DNA of 46,608 bases, taken from Rhodospirillales bacterium. GTDB lineage: Bacteria; Pseudomonadota; Alphaproteobacteria; JAEULC01. The stretch spans positions 1 to 46,608 of the forward strand of contig JAEULC010000297.1 in assembly GCA_016792605.1 (NCBI GenBank), read 5' to 3'. This document shows, in pieces, positions 33,873 through 42,265 of this stretch. The first letter of the stretch is position 1; every line of letters begins with the position of its first letter. Below the pieces are notes generated by a model. It had not been told where the DNA came from, ran no database searches, and worked only from the letters and a program-made list of their open reading frames with translations. Position numbers and translations under genes: made by a program.

Positions 33873-34559
33873 GCCTGCGGATAGCGGTATATACGTTTCA
33901 AAGGAACTGCAGCCAGAGCCCCTTGCTGCTGCGTGGGATACCTAACTGGCGTCCTAGCGAACAAATAGCCGCCTTCAGGCAGCCATGGTCGATGGATTGC
34001 GTGTCCGCGATGCCGTGAGGTACACGATCAGCGGCCACCACGAAACACAATCTATCTAAACCGGATCACTCTCGATCTTGAAGATCCTGGGAATAATCCA
34101 TACGTCGAGTAGCGCTGTATTGCTTTAGCCGGATACCCTATTTCGGGCGACTTAGCCCTCATTGCAAACATTCAAGAAACCTCGACCGCGATAAATTGGA
34201 AGGTGCTGCGCACCTCGCTCACTGGAATCCCGGCAGTTAAGCGAGGCCGGCCAAGGATCGCGTCCAACTACCTTCGTGAGAGCAATCAAGCCGAAGTGAA
34301 ATAGTTCGTCGCGCTGATAGGTGACCGCCTCCAGTACCGCTGCAGGCCCAACCGCAAGATTGATCAACAGCTGCCCTTTACCGACTCCTTCGACTAGTTA
34401 CCTTGCGTCCCCTGTAGTGCCAACTGCTTCTCGATGTGCCTGGCTGCCGTGCGTTTGGACTGCCCGCTGATATTTGTACCGTAAGACTCGCGAGGGGCGA
34501 CTCACGCGCCGCCGTGTGGAACCTGTCGGAGGCCAAACGCGCTAGACAATCAGAATGTG

Positions 34560-35639
34560 TTATCGATCGAGAAAAATTCCAGCGTCCACAGGCCATGTAA
34601 CCGATATCTGCTCGCCTGATGTAAAGGCTGTTCTGCGCTCATTGGCGAGCTCTTGCACGATAAGAGTTGTATTGCTCGAATGGGCGACAAAATGAGTAAT
34701 CGACCCTCCAGTAACCAGTGTGCCCTGCAACGTACCTTGCAACGCATTCATGCCAGCGTCGACATTGCCAGCCTGCACGAGGCGCATGCTTTCCGGCCGA
34801 ACCATTAAATGGCCCTTACCGGCATTTGCGCCTCGATTCACACGGACAACCGATCCGTCATTGAGCCTTGCCTGGCCGCCCCCAATCATCTCCGAAGGGA
34901 TGAGCGACGATCTTCCGATGAATTCGGCAGCAAACCTTGTGCGCGGCGCATAGTATAGATCGTGCGGCGTATCCAGTTGCTCGACGGATCCGCCGTTCAT
35001 CAGCATGATCCGGTCGGACATGTTGAGCGCTTCCTCCTGATCATGGGTCACGTAGACGATAGTGATGCCAAGCTCGGAATGCAGCCGCCGTATTTCGAGC
35101 TGCATTTGGTCGCGTAGATTCTTGTCTAACGCGCCCAGCGGCTCGTCCATCAGGATGAGGCTGGGATTGTATACGATACAGCGAGCCAAAGAGACGCGCT
35201 GTTGCTGGCCGCCGGATAACTCCTTTGGTTTGCGTTCGGCAACGTTCGGAAGGCGCACAATTTCAAGCACCTTCATTACGCGCTGCCGTATCTCATCGGC
35301 AGGAATCCGTCGAATTTCCAGAGGAAACGCAATGTTCTGGAAGATCGTCATATGCGGCATCAGCGCGTAGTTCTGAAAAACCATGCCAATGCCACGCCTC
35401 GACGGCGGGACTTCCGTCACGTCGCGGCCATCGATCCAGATTTGGCCGTCGCTGGGGCCGGTCATGCCAGCAATCATATTCAACAGGGTCGTCTTACCTG
35501 ATCCACTCGGACCCAGCAGCGTCAGGAATTCGCCGCGGCGAACTTCCAAGTGGGTTGAGCGCAATGCCTGGACGGCGCCGTAGTTCTTGCTGACGTTGTC
35601 CAAGTGCACCATGGGCGCCGCGGTTGTCCGGTTCACCAT
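34560..35639 (-). CDS. ABC transporter ATP-binding protein (PotA/spermidine-putrescine type)
   Basis: Walker A GPSGSGKT, signature LSGGQQQR, Walker B LILMDEPLGALD and H-loop VTHD, with a C-terminal TOBE-like regulatory domain. The start MVNRTT overlaps the upstream stop by 1 nt. Confidence 0.9.
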   Translation of the reverse strand: MVNRTTAAPMVHLDNVSKNYGAVQALRSTHLEVRRGEFLTLLGPSGSGKTTLLNMIAGMTGPSDGQIWIDGRDVTEVPPSRRGIGMVFQNYALMPHMTIFQNIAFPLEIRRIPADEIRQRVMKVLEIVRLPNVAERKPKELSGGQQQRVSLARCIVYNPSLILMDEPLGALDKNLRDQMQLEIRRLHSELGITIVYVTHDQEEALNMSDRIMLMNGGSVEQLDTPHDLYYAPRTRFAAEFIGRSSLIPSEMIGGGQARLNDGSVVRVNRGANAGKGHLMVRPESMRLVQAGNVDAGMNALQGTLQGTLVTGGSITHFVAHSSNTTLIVQELANERRTAFTSGEQISVTWPVDAGIFLDR

Positions 35640-36430
35640 CACGCGCTCTCTTTGCCCTGCAAGCGTGCCACGGCGAGGCATACGAGCGCCGACAGGGCCG
35701 TCAACATCGTTGAAATCGCGGCCAGGACGGCGGACACCTCCCATTGGATCGACGAGAACATCTTGACAGGCAATGTCGTCGTGTCGGCGCGCGCCACGAA
35801 CCAGGAGATCACGACTTCGTCGAACGAGATAAGGAAGGCAAAAAGCGCGCCGGCAATGATCGACGGTCGAATGAGCGGCAGGGTCACACGCCGAAACAGA
35901 TAAAACCGACTGGCGCCCATGATTGTGGCGGCGGTTTCCAGCGCTGGATCAACTTGGCGCAGACCGGCCGACGCCGTGACAATGACAAACGGTAGGGTGG
36001 CGACGACGTGGCCGAGAACAAGGCGCACGTCACCATCTCGTAGACCGATGCGCGCGAAATAGATGTAGAGCGCAACCGCGACCACCACACCGGGAACCAT
36101 GATCGGGCTGAGCAGAAACAACGCAAGCAGGCGCTTGCCGGGGAACCTTCCACGCGAAAGTGCGTAGGCCGCTGGGACCCCCACCACGACGGACAGGAAG
36201 GTCGTCGCGCAAGCCACGCGCAGGCTTACGAGGGTTGCACTGACCCAACCGGGCTCGGTGAAGAATCGAACAAACAACTCGATCCCGAACCTATTCGGCG
36301 GAAAGATGATCTCATTGCTGTTGCCGAACCCGATCGGGATAATGATCAGGCTTGGCAAGATCAGGAATGCAAGGATCGACCAGGCGGCGATGCCGACAAG
36401 CCGTAGTTCGCCGCCGCTGCCGACCATCAT
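35639..36430 (-). CDS. ABC transporter permease (PotC-like)
   Basis: 263 aa with six hydrophobic segments. There is an ATGA overlap with the upstream permease at 36427-36430. The ORF's N-terminal extension is His/Arg-rich and implausible as protein. Confidence 0.85.
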   Translation of the reverse strand: MMVGSGGELRLVGIAAWSILAFLILPSLIIIPIGFGNSNEIIFPPNRFGIELFVRFFTEPGWVSATLVSLRVACATTFLSVVVGVPAAYALSRGRFPGKRLLALFLLSPIMVPGVVVAVALYIYFARIGLRDGDVRLVLGHVVATLPFVIVTASAGLRQVDPALETAATIMGASRFYLFRRVTLPLIRPSIIAGALFAFLISFDEVVISWFVARADTTTLPVKMFSSIQWEVSAVLAAISTMLTALSALVCLAVARLQGKESA

Positions 36431-37290
36431 CGCTCGTCTCCGCCTAGGATGGCGGATCCGCCCGGGATGAGCGAGAGGATGATGGCTGCGATTGCCGCAG
36501 TGCCCATGAGAATAACCGACAGCGCCGATGCCATCGGCCAATCAATGATCTCGCGTGCGTAAAAATCCACGAGGTTAGCCAGCATCATGTCTTGCCTGCC
36601 CCCCAGCAGCGCCGGAACGACGTAGAAGCCGAGGGAGAGGATCATCACCAGCAAGACACCAGCCATCACCCCGGGCATGCTCAGCGGCAGCGTTACACGC
36701 CAAAATATCCGCCATTTTCCCGCGCCTAGGATCGAGGCTGCCGAGACAAGGTCGCGGGGCTGGTTCAGCAGGTTAGATAGAATGGGAAACACCATGAACG
36801 GAACGAGAAAATGACTCATGCCGATGATGACGCCGATTCGATTGAAGAGAAGTTTAACGGGCGGCAGGCCGAGCCAGGATATGGCTGTGTTCACCAGACC
36901 CGACTGACCGAGGATGACGGTGAAGGCGAAGCTCTTGACTAGGACGCTCGTCCAGAACGGTACCAGCACCAGGATCATCAACATGGCGCGGCGACGCGGC
37001 GGTTGTTGGGCCATGTAGTAGGCAAGCGGATACGCCAGCAGCAGTGCAAACGCCGTGGCGAGCAAAGTGATCTCAAGCGTCTTCCAGCTTACGCGAACGA
37101 AGAGCGTCGCCGACAGGATCTTCGCGTAGGACGCGAGGGTAAATCCGGGCGAGGCTTCCGAGGTGAAGCTTTGGATTACGACCGTACCGAGCGGCACAGC
37201 AAAGACGGCGAGCATCAGGATTGCCGCAGGGACAGCATAAAAAGCGATCCGCAACGCCTGCTGACGCTCGAGGCCACCGGCGCGTGCCAT
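36427..37290 (-). CDS. ABC transporter permease (PotB-like)
   Basis: 287 aa, multi-TM, with a permease loop ...AASILGAGKWRIFWRVTLPLSMPG typical of binding-protein-dependent transporters. Confidence 0.9.
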   Translation of the reverse strand: MARAGGLERQQALRIAFYAVPAAILMLAVFAVPLGTVVIQSFTSEASPGFTLASYAKILSATLFVRVSWKTLEITLLATAFALLLAYPLAYYMAQQPPRRRAMLMILVLVPFWTSVLVKSFAFTVILGQSGLVNTAISWLGLPPVKLLFNRIGVIIGMSHFLVPFMVFPILSNLLNQPRDLVSAASILGAGKWRIFWRVTLPLSMPGVMAGVLLVMILSLGFYVVPALLGGRQDMMLANLVDFYAREIIDWPMASALSVILMGTAAIAAIILSLIPGGSAILGGDER

Positions 37291-37291
37291 C

Positions 37292-38350
37292 TCAGACCTG
37301 GAGCCACTCTTTGAAGCGACGGGTCAAATCCTCGACCCGAGTATCCCACCATTGGGGATCAACGAACAGATTGTTGGCGTCACCCACCTCCGGCATCCAC
37401 TTCCTGGCTTCCGGCTCAACCTTGGAAAGCGCGTGCGCGTAGCAAGGGGCGTTACCCGTCAGATTCGCCATAGCCACCTGCAGCTCCGGCCTTGCGATGT
37501 AGGCGCAAAGACGCATCGCCGCCTCCTTGCGCGGCGTCCCCTTGACGACGCCCGCCCAACCGACGCCAAGAATGTTTTGCTGGAATGAAAATCCGATTGG
37601 GACGCCGGCGCGCTGCATGTCGGTTACGCGCGTCGTATAGGTAAAGGTGAAATCTGTTTCGTTGGATTGTATCAGTGAGACGGTCTGTGCAGTTTGCGCG
37701 ATCCAGTGGCTGACTGCCGGCTTGATGCGGTCAAGCGCCTTAAATGCGCGTTCGACATCGCAGGGATAGACATCTTTCGGCGCAACGCCGTCGGCGATCA
37801 GGGCGATTTCGATAATGTCGCTAGGCCGATTACGCAACCCGCGCCGCCCCGGGATTCGCCCGACGTCCCAGAAGTCCTGCCAGTTCTGAGGGACTCTGCT
37901 CCCGAAGCGGTCGGTCGGGAAGGCGATTCCGCCTGCGTAAATCGTGCCGCCGACGGCATATGCGTGGCGGGTTTCCGGGTAGCAGCCCGTGCGATCCACG
38001 ATCTTCTCGTCGATCGGCTCGAGCAGGCCAAGCCTCGCGCCGCTAGGTACCCAGGAATCCAGGAGGTCGACGACATCCCATTCCACATCGCGCGATTGCA
38101 CCTGGGCCCTGATCTTCGCGAGGTCAGGACCCGGCACCGCGATCACCTCGATCCCGGTGTCCCGGCTGAACGATGTGTAAATAATCTGCTGTTTTGCGGC
38201 GCCAATGGCACCGCCAAAATTGACGACGACGACACGGCCAGCCCCTCGTGCCCTGCCCGGCACCACGACGAAGGGAGCAGCTAGCGCCCCCGTCGTCATC
38301 GCGAGCAGCCGTCGACGTGAGACCACTTGAGTGGACCGCAGAATTTTCAT
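37292..38350 (-). CDS. ABC transporter substrate-binding protein (PotD/PotF-like), copy 1
   Basis: 352 aa. The Tat-like signal is SRRRLLAMTTGALAAPFVVVPGRARG. It sits directly upstream of the permease genes and is highly similar to the next gene. Confidence 0.85.
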   Translation of the reverse strand: MKILRSTQVVSRRRLLAMTTGALAAPFVVVPGRARGAGRVVVVNFGGAIGAAKQQIIYTSFSRDTGIEVIAVPGPDLAKIRAQVQSRDVEWDVVDLLDSWVPSGARLGLLEPIDEKIVDRTGCYPETRHAYAVGGTIYAGGIAFPTDRFGSRVPQNWQDFWDVGRIPGRRGLRNRPSDIIEIALIADGVAPKDVYPCDVERAFKALDRIKPAVSHWIAQTAQTVSLIQSNETDFTFTYTTRVTDMQRAGVPIGFSFQQNILGVGWAGVVKGTPRKEAAMRLCAYIARPELQVAMANLTGNAPCYAHALSKVEPEARKWMPEVGDANNLFVDPQWWDTRVEDLTRRFKEWLQV

Positions 38351-38389
38351 CTGGGAGTCCTCGTACGCGATTCGAAGGGCTCTCCTCGG

Positions 38390-39451
38390 CTAGGCCAACA
38401 ACCACTCCTTGAAGCGACGCGTGAGGTCGTCGACCCGGGTGTCCCACCACTCAGCGTTCACGAACAGATTGTTCGGATCCCCGACGTCGGGCATCCATTT
38501 GCGCGCCTCAGGATCCACCTTCGCCAGGGCATCCACGTAACATGGCGCGTCGACCGACAGATTCGCCAGCTCGACCTGACGGTCCTTCTTCGCGATATAG
38601 GCGCAGAGGCGCATGGCGGCCTCCTTGCGCGGTGTGCCCTTGAGGACGCCTGCCCAGCCAACACCGAGCAGATTCTGCTTGAAGGAGTAGCCCATCGGGA
38701 CGCCGGCACGCTGCATATCCTTCACCCTGGTCGTATAGGTGAAGGTGAAGTCGGTTTCATTGGACTGGATCAGCGAGACCGTCTGCGCCGTTTGCGCAAT
38801 CCAGTGACTGACAGCGGGTTTGATGCGATCGAGCGCCTTGAACGCACGCTCCACGTCACAGGGATACACATCCTTCGGCGCGACCCCGTCGCCCATCAAG
38901 GCAATTTCGAGCGTGTCCGTAACGCGATTGCGCAAGCCACGACGTCCCGGAATGCCAGCGACGTTCCAGAAATCCGGCCAGGTCATCGCAACCTTTCCGC
39001 CGAGCCTATCGGTCGGGAACGCGATGCCCCCAGCATAGATACTGCCGCCAACGGCAAAATCATGACGCGCGAACGGAATGCAGCCAGAGCGATCAACGAT
39101 CTTTTCGTCAATCGGCTCCAGCAAGCCCAGCCGGGCGCCCGCAGGAACCCAGGCATCGAGCAAATCGACCACGTCCCATTCGACGTCACGCGATTGAACC
39201 TGCGCCCGGATTTTCGCCAAGTCTGGGCCGGGAACGACGACCACCTCGATACCGGTCTCGCGAGTGAACGGTGTGTAGATCGCCTGCTGTTTCGCGCTCC
39301 CCATGGAGCCCCCGAAATTGACGACGACGACCTTGCCGGCGCCGCGAGCGCGCCCGGGTATCAAAATGAAAGGCGCGGCAAGCGCTGCGGCGCCTGTTGT
39401 CAGGACCCGGCGGCGCGACGCGCGGAGTGTCTCATCCTTGCATACGGTCAT
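38390..39451 (-). CDS. ABC transporter substrate-binding protein (PotD/PotF-like), copy 2 (tandem paralog)
   Basis: 353 aa. The signal is SRRRVLTTGAAALAAPFILIPGRARG. Long identical stretches are shared with copy 1, for example DRIKPAVSHWIAQTAQTVSLIQSNETDFTFTYTTRV. Confidence 0.85.
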   Translation of the reverse strand: MTVCKDETLRASRRRVLTTGAAALAAPFILIPGRARGAGKVVVVNFGGSMGSAKQQAIYTPFTRETGIEVVVVPGPDLAKIRAQVQSRDVEWDVVDLLDAWVPAGARLGLLEPIDEKIVDRSGCIPFARHDFAVGGSIYAGGIAFPTDRLGGKVAMTWPDFWNVAGIPGRRGLRNRVTDTLEIALMGDGVAPKDVYPCDVERAFKALDRIKPAVSHWIAQTAQTVSLIQSNETDFTFTYTTRVKDMQRAGVPMGYSFKQNLLGVGWAGVLKGTPRKEAAMRLCAYIAKKDRQVELANLSVDAPCYVDALAKVDPEARKWMPDVGDPNNLFVNAEWWDTRVDDLTRRFKEWLLA

Positions 39452-39487
39452 GGATCATCTCCCCTTTACCCCTGGGCCAGGATGATC
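39451..39487. repeat. Perfect 8-bp inverted repeat GGATCATC-N21-GATGATCC abutting the start codon/SD of binding-protein copy 2
   Basis: Read directly from the sequence: arm 1 is at 39451-39458 and arm 2 at 39480-39487. On the minus-strand mRNA the SD (AAGGGGAG) lies in the loop, and one arm overlaps the first base of the ATG. Confidence 0.5.
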
Positions 39488-39582
39488 CTACCGCTCTGAC
39501 GGCCTCAAGAGCCTGTGTGCCGAGAGTTTCGCCAAGTCCGTCGAATTGACGGCAGAACCCGGCACAATGCCATAAAGTGACT

Positions 39583-40086
39583 CTAGCCCGCTTCGCCCTG
39601 ATCCATGGCGACTGCCCTGAGTACAGCCGCTGGAGCTGTGTCGACCTGACTACGATCGAAGTTCGTCGAGAGAACGATAATCGACTTCACCCGCTCGACA
39701 CCTGGGATTTCGGTCAGAGCCTCCAAGACGGGATGAATATCCTCAAGCTGTGCAACTTTAATCCGGCATAACAGCTCGTGGTCGCCATTAACGGTCTGGC
39801 AGAGCTTGATCTCCGGAAATTCCCGCAACAGCTCAACGACGGGTTTTTGGCGCCGATGGGTGACGCCGATCATCACCACGACCTCTGCGTACTGGTCGTA
39901 GGGATCGCGCCGCAGCACCACCGAATAGCCGCTAATGGTCCCATTACGCTGCAGCCGAGCGATCCGCTCCTGCACAGTGGTCCTGGCAATGCCTAGCTTG
40001 CGGGCTAGCGTCGTCGTGGATTCACGCGCATTGGCCTGCAACAACGATAGCAGCTTCCGATCAATCGCGTCGTTCGCCTTAGTCAT
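39583..40086 (-). CDS. Lrp/AsnC-family transcriptional regulator
   Basis: 167 aa from MTKANDAIDRKLLSLLQANARESTTTLARKLGIARTTVQERIARLQRNGTISGY (HTH_AsnC). The C-terminal ligand-binding RAM-like domain is AEVVVMIGV...HELLCRIKV. It is divergent from the deacylase gene. Confidence 0.85.
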   Translation of the reverse strand: MTKANDAIDRKLLSLLQANARESTTTLARKLGIARTTVQERIARLQRNGTISGYSVVLRRDPYDQYAEVVVMIGVTHRRQKPVVELLREFPEIKLCQTVNGDHELLCRIKVAQLEDIHPVLEALTEIPGVERVKSIIVLSTNFDRSQVDTAPAAVLRAVAMDQGEAG

Positions 40087-40324
40087 GACGTTCTCGCTCG
40101 CAACCGAACTGCCGATGACGGCGTCAACCTGGATACAGTTTGGCCGATTGGGAGTAGCGTGAGAAGGGCGATGGCCCGGCTGTTCGGCATATTGTCGGTA
40201 TATTCCGGCGTTTTGACGAAAAGCCCGCCGAGAATGGCGAACCGATGGGTTCCATGCGTCGCGGTGCGCAAGTCTACTAGTGCGGTCGGGCACGTCCCGC
40301 TCACTGCGACAGTTGACCGTTCCT

Positions 40325-41470
40325 ATGACCACGACTGACTGCCTCTTTGGCCTCTCCGACGGACTCCCCCAAACCGGGCGGTTTTCGGGCTACGCCAAAA
40401 TTCCTTATGCGTCGGACAAGTCCGCCTACGGGTTCATTCCATTGCCGCTTGCCGTAGTGGGCGGTAGCGCGGGCCCGACGGTGCTTCTGATTGCTGGCTC
40501 GTTCGGCGATGAAATCGAGAGCCAGATCGCGGTCGCCTGCGTCGCCCGGCAACTCGATCCGGCCTCGCTGAATGGACGGGTTATCATCCTGCCAATGGCG
40601 AACCAACCTGCTGCGCAGGCGGGAACGCGCAACTCCCCGATCGATGGGCGAAACCTCAACCGCTCCTACCCAGGCGACGTCAGCGGAACGCCGACGAATG
40701 TCATCGCCGACTATATCGAACGTCACCTCATGTCCGTCAGTGACGTTGTGCTGGACCTTCACAGCGACGGTGCCTCGCTGCGGTATCTTCCGTGCGCTAC
40801 GCTGATCCACAACGCTGATCCGGATGTGCGAGCGCAGCGCCTAGCAGCGGCGCTTGCTTTTGGCGCGCCCTCAATCCTGGTCTTCCATAGTTTCGAGGAG
40901 CGGAATTCCTCGGGCGCAGCCAAGCGCGCTGGGGCAATTCGAATTGCGACGGAGATCGGTGGCCCTGCGCCGATCGCCACAACCGTCGCTGGCATCATGC
41001 GGGTCCTGCAATGGGCTGGAGTCGTGAGGGGTGGCGTGGCGGCTGCCCCGCAACCCGTTGTCCGCGTTGCCCGGCAGGATAAGGATTTCATCTACGCGCT
41101 GAATGACGGCTTTTTCGAGCCGACGGCGCTGTTGGGCGATGAGGTTGATGCCGAGGATGTCGTAGGACTGATCCACGACCCGTCCCGCCCGTTGTCCGAC
41201 CCGGTGATTGTCAAGGCCGCTTGCGAAGGAACCGTGGTCTGCACCCGCGGCGCATCGCTGGCCTCGCGCGGCGACTGCCTCGTTCACCTAGCCGGCCCCG
41301 CCGATGCAGCGCTAGCTGCCGAGGTCGCGATGGCACAGGAAATGTCCTGGTCCAGGGCGATGCCGCGGCAACGTCAAATAATGGCGAATGGCCCGGCCTC
41401 GGCCGGGAAGCGAACCAGGGGCCGCGTGGCCAAGCGACCGGTAGCCAAGAAGCCAAAAAAGGGCCGGTGA
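40325..41470 (+). CDS. Succinylglutamate desuccinylase/aspartoacylase (AstE/AspA) family deacylase-like protein
   Basis: Family motifs are GPTVLLIAGSFGDEIES, SPIDGRNLNRSYPG and VVLDLHSDG. The expected first Zn-ligand His is Phe here. The C-terminal tail is lysine/arginine-rich. Confidence 0.8.
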   Translation: MTTTDCLFGLSDGLPQTGRFSGYAKIPYASDKSAYGFIPLPLAVVGGSAGPTVLLIAGSFGDEIESQIAVACVARQLDPASLNGRVIILPMANQPAAQAGTRNSPIDGRNLNRSYPGDVSGTPTNVIADYIERHLMSVSDVVLDLHSDGASLRYLPCATLIHNADPDVRAQRLAAALAFGAPSILVFHSFEERNSSGAAKRAGAIRIATEIGGPAPIATTVAGIMRVLQWAGVVRGGVAAAPQPVVRVARQDKDFIYALNDGFFEPTALLGDEVDAEDVVGLIHDPSRPLSDPVIVKAACEGTVVCTRGASLASRGDCLVHLAGPADAALAAEVAMAQEMSWSRAMPRQRQIMANGPASAGKRTRGRVAKRPVAKKPKKGR

Positions 41471-42240
41471 TGCAGGCTTGGAACCGCGTCATCCTCATCA
41501 CCGGGGCAGCGTCGGGAATTGGCGCCGCCCTCGCCCGCCGAGTCGCGCGGCCGGGTATGGGCTTGGTTCTTCACAGTGGTGGCAGCACGCCGGAAAGCGC
41601 GGCCCGCCTACAACTAGTACTTCAGGCCTGCGAAGCGTCGGGCGCAACCTGCGCCACAAGCCAGGGCAACCTCGCGGAAGCGCGGCACGGCGCTGCCAGT
41701 GTCGCGGCAGCGCACCAGCACTTCGGCAGGCTTGATCAGATTGTCCACGCTGCCGGCCACGTGCACAAGGCAAAGCTTGGCGACTTGACCAAGGACGAAT
41801 TTGACCGGGCCATCGCCTTGATGCCGGGCGCTCTACTCGAAATCGTTTCAGCCGCGATTCCATTGCTGGCCGATTCCCCGGCCGGTCGCGTCGTGGCCAT
41901 CAGCTCCTTCATCGCCCACAAGATCGAGACATCGACGTTCGCCCCCGCCTCCTCTGTCGCAAAGGCTGCGCTGGAAGCAATGGTCAAATGCTTCGCGCTG
42001 CAATTGGCCCCCTCGGGAACGACCGTCAACGCGGTCATCCCAGGCTTTACCCGCAAGGATGCCGGCAAGCCAGGCTCTCTCTCGCCCGAGGGCTGGGCAA
42101 AGGCTGCCCAGCGTACCCCTACGGGCCGGCTCAATGAAACCAGCGAAGTTGCCGCGGCAATCGAATTCTTGCTCTCCGACGAAGCCCGGCAGATCACGGG
42201 CGCGATGCTGAACGTCGACGGCGGGCTCACGCTCGGCTGA
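41470..42240 (+). CDS. Short-chain dehydrogenase/reductase (SDR) family oxidoreductase
   Basis: 256 aa. The cofactor motif is VILITGAASGIGAALA. The C-terminal ...ITGAMLNVDGGLTLG is typical of classical SDRs. The ATG overlaps the upstream TGA by 1 nt. Confidence 0.85.
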   Translation: MQAWNRVILITGAASGIGAALARRVARPGMGLVLHSGGSTPESAARLQLVLQACEASGATCATSQGNLAEARHGAASVAAAHQHFGRLDQIVHAAGHVHKAKLGDLTKDEFDRAIALMPGALLEIVSAAIPLLADSPAGRVVAISSFIAHKIETSTFAPASSVAKAALEAMVKCFALQLAPSGTTVNAVIPGFTRKDAGKPGSLSPEGWAKAAQRTPTGRLNETSEVAAAIEFLLSDEARQITGAMLNVDGGLTLG

Positions 42241-42265
42241 ACCAAGTCTTTGGAAAGGACCCTCC

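Noticed and set aside
34152-34596. Short ORFs (71 and 72 aa, minus strand) in the AT-richer right border; likewise the 60-95 aa ORFs in 9487-9929
   Set aside because: They have no recognisable motif, SD or conserved-domain signature. I tried reading them as decayed integrase or transposase fragments and could not support that. They are left unannotated and flagged for BLASTX.
38327-39499. 390-aa plus-strand ORF antisense to binding-protein copy 2
   Set aside because: It has no motifs. The minus frame is a clear paralog of the adjacent SBP with a Tat-like signal.
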